This document shows positions 24,744-30,437 of a stretch of 30,437 nt of DNA, one piece after another; position 1 is the first letter of the stretch; each line of letters begins with the position of its first letter. The notes under the pieces are model-generated. The model was not told where the DNA came from. It made no database searches and was given only the letters and a program-made list of their open reading frames with translations. This DNA comes from Bugula neritina (taxonomy: Eukaryota > Animalia > Bryozoa), in NCBI GenBank assembly GCA_964035545.1, contig CAXIUT010000159.1, positions 1-30,437 on the forward strand, read 5' to 3'. The translations under genes were made by a program, and so were the position numbers.

Positions 24744-25693
24744 TCAATAATAAACAGATGGATACTTGTAATTGGGCATCAAAGGATTTACATTTCGATT
24801 TGTTGATATTCCCTTCTTCAAACTAGATACTCCAGAACGAGGAATATCCATAGTATTCAAAGTGTCCTTAATACTCCTTCTTTTCTAATTTTAATCTCAA
24901 TTTACCTACAAAAAATGTCTACGGTCGTTCATGCTATTCACCTTTGCCCCTTCTATATCATCAATGTTCAAAGAATGATCTCGTTTATGCACTTTTTATG
25001 GAATCTGACGGGAAGGTCTATTTCCAATATCTCCATATCTATCATTCACACTCTCTCTTGTATCTCTCCAAGAATAAGCAGGATCCAAAGGGTTGGTAGG
25101 AACTTGTGTTCTCTTAGATATAAAACTTCCATCTTTATTTATATCTTGAACATCCAATCTACTTGCTGCCTTCACTGGTCTAAACAATTTGGAAGGCGAA
25201 CTACCCTGAATATCTTCCTTCTAGTGTCTTGGAATGACTTTAGGCTGCATTTTAGTTTGAATATCAGAGATATTTAGGGTATCTTTAATGAATTTTCTGG
25301 TTGGTTCAGGATCAACAGGAGGTACGTAAGGTAAATTATATTTCGGATTGATGGGATTGGTAACTCTTTTTGTTTTAAAATCACTGCACATAGGCTGAGC
25401 ATACTAAATATCATCAGTTCTTAATGAATTAGAACCAATATATTTATTTTTCATGATGTGACTGTTTGGGTTGGGTTAGACATAGGCAGAAAATGAATAG
25501 TTTTATCGATTTACATGATGTGGAATTTGCTGTTTTGGCTGAGCACCAAATATATCAGTTTTTTGGAATGATGGCTGTCTGTAACTACTAACTCTTGGAA
25601 CTGAAGATTCTTTGTTAATATATTGATACAGATTGTTCGAAGAAACATGGTTTAATTTGGTTGAGGAAACTACCAGTTATAGGGGTTGCTCAT
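24744..25693 (-). CDS. Repeat protein with DIxGAxP and TNPLxPxY motifs (possible ciliary/microtubule-associated protein)
   Basis: TDIFGAQP, TDDIEYAQP, EDIQGSSP, DDIEGAK; TKRVTNPINPKY, PTNPLDPAY, TNRNVNPLMPNY; introns of 20 and 21 nt; TGA 24744-24746. Confidence 0.75.
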
Positions 25694-26024
25694 TAATAAA
25701 TAAAAAGATAACTATTTGCTACTATATTATTTAAAGTAAAATATTTCTTTAGTTAGAGATAAAGATTAAATATTAATTTATTTATTGAGGTTTGACTCAC
25801 ACAGTTGTTTATATATGTTTTTAATTATGTTTTTACATATATTTTATGATGGTATTTTAATTCGAATAAATATTGAGGAATAATTATTTATTTTATATAT
25901 TATGATGAATTTGAGATCTATTTTCGTTATTTTTTCATTAATTTTATATTTTGATCCTAAGATTTTTTTAATTTTCAAGGGACTTTTGGAACCTATATAT
26001 TATTTAAGACTTGAACTCATAAGA

Positions 26025-27904
26025 ATGCAATTCCTTAATGCTTCTAATGAAATCAATCAACAAAAAATGAACTATGACAAATCCACCAACTAAAACATTC
26101 TAAAAAACATCTCATTATTTCTAGCTAAGTAACTCAAATAAAAAGTTTTCATTAGTTCTGATTCAAAAGGTTGTATTTTTCTTATATCTTCTAAACCAAA
26201 TGGACATTAAAATCATCAATAAGAGGAAATTTCAAATTTCAACTAACAAAACCAAGAAGAAAGAATCCCTTTTAAACTAAATTGGAATTTTACAATTAAC
26301 TCCCTACACCAAAACATAAATATAAAAGTAAAACCTTAGAACATCAGCATATACGGAGTAGATTTTAAACTGACCTCCCAACGGTAACTGACTAATATCC
26401 TAAGTGTAAAAAGAAAAATTGAAAAACAAACAAAGTGGACAGTAATATTAGACGAATAAAATCATATATTTCTCACTACTAACATCCTCAAAAGCAACTT
26501 CAACAATATTGAGCTTTCAAATTATGCTAAAGAATCAAGAAAAGCCTATTCTGCCATTGTTAATCATTTATATCAAAACAGATATGAAACACTTCCAATC
26601 AAGTAATCGATAAATAGCCTTATTCCTTCTAGTAAAAATGTAAGCATCATAAAAGATCAAATTTATTCACAATATTTAGATATTTCTATAAAAAGAAAAT
26701 GGAGATAAAAAATAGCTTATTATAAAAATATTTAATAATAAGTAAATATTCCTAGAATTGAAATATACAAAGATCTAATGTGGGAAAGATAAGCTGCTAT
26801 CAATTAATTTTAAAAAAGTTTTAGATTAATGGGTAAAGAAGCCTTATTTATGACTAATCTTAGAACCTATGAAAAATTAGATAAAAAAGTAAGATAAAAA
26901 ATAAAAGAACAACCTTAGAAATAGGATTAGTAATAAAAGTGTAATCTTTAGGGATTCAAATCTTTATCAAGACTAAATAAAGAAATATAAATAGGTTCAG
27001 GAGGATTTAGTTCAGTAACTAAAGCAGACTATTAAATACAAATAATATACTCTGTCCACTAAGGTGCCAACCTCAAAATAGCAGGTTAAATACCATACAA
27101 ATTAAGAACAAAAACTTTAGCTAAAAAGGTTATAAAAGATAAATAAGATAAAGGATCAGTGAATAGTTTTTAAAATTAACAAAGATTTATCCGATACTTT
27201 CTCAAAGATAAGCATTGGGCCTTTATTTCAAAATATTATATAAAATAAATAAGTCCTGAAAATGATGAGGATAAAGATATACATGAACATATCTACATGA
27301 AACACTACCCTAAAACACTTAGAGAACTTATCAAAGAAAGCAGTGTTAAAAGAAAAGTATAAGTTCTTCATAGAATTATCAAAGGAATTTCATCTCTTTC
27401 TAATTTTGGTATCTGCCATCGAGATCTAAAACCACAAAATATTCTTCTTAACTACTAATATATGCCAAAAATCATTGATTTTGGATCAGCATGTATCGCC
27501 CATCAAAGTTTCCACTAAAAATCAAACTCTTTTCGACCATTCAGCAAATAATGTAAGTATCTTTTAATTAAGTATATTCAACTCCAGGTTATTACTCTTC
27601 CTACTCAAGCATTTTGTAACATAAATTCTCAGAATATTTCTAAAGAGAGCAATACGAGCAACATATTCTCTTTGATATTTACAGTTTTGGAAAAATCATG
27701 AAAGAAATGATGTAAAGTGAATAATTATCAGAATGTTCCACTGATCAGATTTTGACATAATTATGGAAATCATGCTGTGACATCAATCCTTAGAACAGGC
27801 CAACTCCTTAATAAATAGCCTCACTTCTTGGTAAATTTTTATAATATCTCCGTTATCTATAAAATTAGTCCTCAGATGCAGAAATAGATCCAGATCTATT
27901 ATGA
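26025..27904 (+). CDS. Atypical Ser/Thr protein kinase with long N-terminal extension
   Basis: IGSGGFSSV, TLAKK, alphaC SFENE, HRDLKPQN, IIDFGSA, DIYSFG, NPENRPTPEEI; intron 27553-27572; TGA 27902-27904; start uncertain (25902, 26025 or later). Confidence 0.88.
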
Positions 27905-27970
27905 TTATCATATTCCATTCATCATAACTTATATTTTTTATATCAATCGTTAAATAAATAAATATTGAAT

Positions 27971-28040
27971 GGGGTTGGGGTTGGGGTTGGGGTTGGGGTT
28001 GGGGTTGGGGTTGGGGTTGGGGTTGGGGTTGGGTTGGGTT
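27971..28040 (+). repeat. Telomeric repeat (GGGGTT)n, internal in this window
   Basis: About 70-bp G4T2 array ending in two GGGTT variants. Confidence 0.97.
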
Positions 28041-28083
28041 TGTCAATCTTATCAAAATAACTTAAAATAAAATAAAATATTCA

Positions 28084-28776
28084 TCATTTCTGCTTTTAAT
28101 TAAAATATGCACTCTCCCAATAAACATCCACTCCTTCTTCAAGTCTTTCTTTATTTTTCCATCTCTTCATCTCCTATCTTAAAACACCTATAGATTCATG
28201 ACCTCTCTATCTTGTATTAAAACCTATCTTTTATCCAAATCTTATACAACAGACATAATCTTACAATGTCTTTATACTTATTCCGATCATCTCAGCAGCT
28301 CTCACCTTTGTCATTGGTCGCTTATCACATGAACCTTCATTTATCTTTTGCTCCCAAAGTACAACACAGTCAATAGCTTCCTGGATAGTTCTTCCCTTTG
28401 ATATCCTTATATGTCTCTCACTCTATTTCTTTGAGAGTTGTTTTTCTGTTTTATCTACTTCTTGATAGATGATTTTGATCGTTCTAGCATTCCACCGATT
28501 ATAAAAGAGCAAAGTTTATTCTTCAAGTGGATAACTCCCGATAAAATGGTTGATTTTTTCATATTAATCTACGTAAAACAACAATCTATTTCGAAGAAAT
28601 TATTCTATTTAAGGATACGTCTTTTCTGCACTACGAAACGTTTAACAAAAATCAATAGATGATTTTTCTGGAAGATAAAATAACTTGATTTTGAATTTAT
28701 GAGGCTCAGTTGTCTAGCCCTTAAGAAGTAGAGTACGGTTTAAATAACGAATTTTTCTAGCATTGTCTGATTTCAT
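28084..28776 (-). CDS. Ciliate-type helix-turn-helix protein, 230 aa
   Basis: Intronless ATG 28776 to TGA TGA; MTKVRAAEMIGISIKTLEDYVCCIRFGEKIGFN...IGVLR has an HTH-like AA-x2-IGIS-x-KTL signature. Confidence 0.75.
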
Positions 28777-28887
28777 GTACAAATAAATAATAAGATTTTG
28801 TTACTTTGGATATGTAATAAAACTAGTAGTTTTATACTGATTTTTAATTTATATAAAAGGCTATTTTATTGTAGAAATGAAATCAAA

Positions 28888-30024
28888 TCACTTTCTTTTT
28901 TGCTTTTTCTTGCCCTGCTTATCCTTTCCAGCTTATTCCTTTTATTTTTCTCTAATTAATGCAAGTTCTCTCTCTTTCTCTTCTTTTTCCTCTCTTTCTC
29001 TTTTTCTTTTAACAATGTCCAAAAAGGTCATCCCATCCTCCTCTATCTGTCCATTATACTTATTTTTCTCAGATATCAACTTGAAAAGTAAATTACTATT
29101 CTAATCTATCATCATCACTGCTGATGCATTGTTCAATTTGCCACAGTATTAAGGCAAAGAACAAATAGTCACAAGTTTTTTTTCACTAAAATATTTGAAA
29201 CCTTAGTATGGTACCTCATGACCTCTACACACCAGACTTATATCATGATTCTTCAAAAAGCTATAAACAACATCTGATCCAAAAGATACTCCCTTCCCTC
29301 GATCATTTTCAGTCCATCCTTTATATAAATGAGTCGGATCAGCGAATAGCAAATCACAGGCTAACTACTTATCAGAAGCATCCAAAGGTCGAGGTATCTG
29401 ATTTATCTGATCCAAAGAATTAAGAAAAGGACTTATACCGCCATGTACACAAAAGACCTTTTCATCTATAACTGCAGCATATGGCAGAGAAATAAATGTC
29501 TAACACACTTATAACCATGGAGTAGATGTTCCAAAATACTAAGCAAGATGTTCTTGAAGGCCATAAGAACGAAGAACAGCCATAGTCTAATGACACCCTC
29601 TCAGCAAAAAGAAATTAAAAGGAGCAAACAGTTTATAAGCAAACAAAGCAACCAAACATTCTAAAGACTGATCATAAAAGCCAGTATAATCTCCCAAAAA
29701 TAGATAGTTCATAAATTTAGGATGTCCGCATCTATCTATGACCTTCGACAACTGCGTGTAATTACCAAGTGATCCAGTACTAACAAATATCGGTCCATCA
29801 ATTCTCAACAAACCAGGTTGAGTAAGTACGTGTTTCCTCACTTTTCGACAAAGTAGAACAAACTCCTCTTGTTTTATTTTAACCCTTTCGAGATTAGCTT
29901 TCACCGAATGGATCTGTATCCGATGAAGTATGTCTTCAACATCAATGTTGATTTCATTTACTGCATCTCTTCTGTTTTTAGCATCTCTGATTTAACTACA
30001 GTCTTTTCCCAGTAAATTAAACAT
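28888..30024 (-). CDS. PP1-like PPP-family phosphatase homolog, predicted pseudophosphatase, 378 aa
   Basis: [48 protein letters not shown]; charged C-terminal tail; single frame ATG 30024 to TGA 28888-28890. Confidence 0.9.
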
Positions 30025-30049
30025 ATCTCACTATTTTATTATAATTTGA

Positions 30050-30437
30050 ATGCAACAGGCAGGAACAACCTTTCTCTTCCAAGACACCTCCTACTTCTTC
30101 TCCAATAGCTAAATTATTGACTACTATCTAGGAAAACAACAATCTTTCTCACTGCAGTCTTCTCTCAACCTGCTTGAATAACAAAAAATTAATGTAGAAC
30201 ATCTTCTATCTCTATTCGCTGGACTCTTCATATAAAATGATGGAAAAATAATGGTCCATGATCAAATATTGCCATACTTAGTGATAATGCATGGAGTCAA
30301 GTTGTTCTAGCAGTGAATATAAGTGATTTCTAACTAAGACTGATCATTTTCAGTCAATAATGTCTCTCAATATTGATGATATCATTTATATATGATGAGA
30401 TACCTTGAAAAAGTTGATTGAGCTATTTTGATGAGTT
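30050..30437 (+). CDS. Possible 5' part of a hypothetical gene
   Basis: ATG 30050 opens ~88 codons (MQQAGTTFLFQDTSYFF...); downstream frame unclear near the window edge. Confidence 0.3.

Noticed and set aside
25464-25479. Telomere-like GTTTGGGTTGGGTTAG
   Set aside because: Only two imperfect units, encoding E-P-N-P-N on the minus strand of a gene.
28031-28046. Resemblance of GGGTTGGGTTTG to the Tetrahymena chromosome breakage sequence (AAAGAGGTTGGTTTA)
   Set aside because: Weak match explained by degenerate terminal telomere repeats; no Cbs-like motif at the other ends.
27783-28055. ORF-track protein with a PQPQPQ repeat
   Set aside because: It is the translation of the telomeric (CCCCAA)n tract plus antisense kinase sequence.
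1-30437. Standard ciliate code (TAR=Gln) or split code (TAA=Lys, TAG=Glu)
   Set aside because: TAG sits at catalytic Glu sites; TAA sits at the kinase alphaC Glu, aligns with GAA in internal repeats and fills acidic runs (IYEEEFEEK).
1-30437. Field of pseudogenes or many tiny ORFs, as the ORF track suggests
   Set aside because: Apparent stops are reassigned TAR codons or lie in tiny introns; most short track ORFs are antisense or off-frame shadows of real genes.
1-30437. CRISPR arrays, transposons, IESs, rRNA or tRNA genes
   Set aside because: No repeat-spacer array, transposase/RT motifs, terminal inverted repeats or structured RNA signature was visible by eye; a tRNAscan/Infernal run would be needed to exclude small RNAs.

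Overview
AT-rich, gene-dense eukaryotic DNA, most likely macronuclear DNA of a peritrich ciliate (Oligohymenophorea). The supplied standard-code ORF track is misleading: TAA and TAG both behave as glutamate and only TGA is stop (the peritrich nuclear code, NCBI table 30). This is shown by catalytic or invariant Glu positions in several enzymes and by GAA/TAA/TAG interchange between internal protein repeats. There are three short C4A2 telomeric tracts: (CCCCAA)n at 1-83 and (GGGGTT)n at 8548-8623 and 27971-28040. Bases 1-8623 therefore look like a complete 8.6-kb, six-gene minichromosome, joined to two further segments that lack a left telomere. About 25 genes with mostly 20-21 nt GT-AG introns and spacers often only 30-120 bp were read by eye. 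They include a Mut-7/EXD3-like exonuclease, a catalytically dead USP14/Ubp6-like protein, WDR70, a five-zinc-ribbon repeat protein, a TEY MAP kinase, an XAF1/TRAFD1-like zinc-finger+UIM protein, a membrane RING-H2 ligase, a Tubby protein, a strongly diverged IDO-fold heme protein, an atypical kinase, a ciliate-type HTH protein and a PP1-like pseudophosphatase. Several genes carry single-base homopolymer indels that are most likely sequencing errors. All family assignments come from manual translation and motif recall, not database searches.
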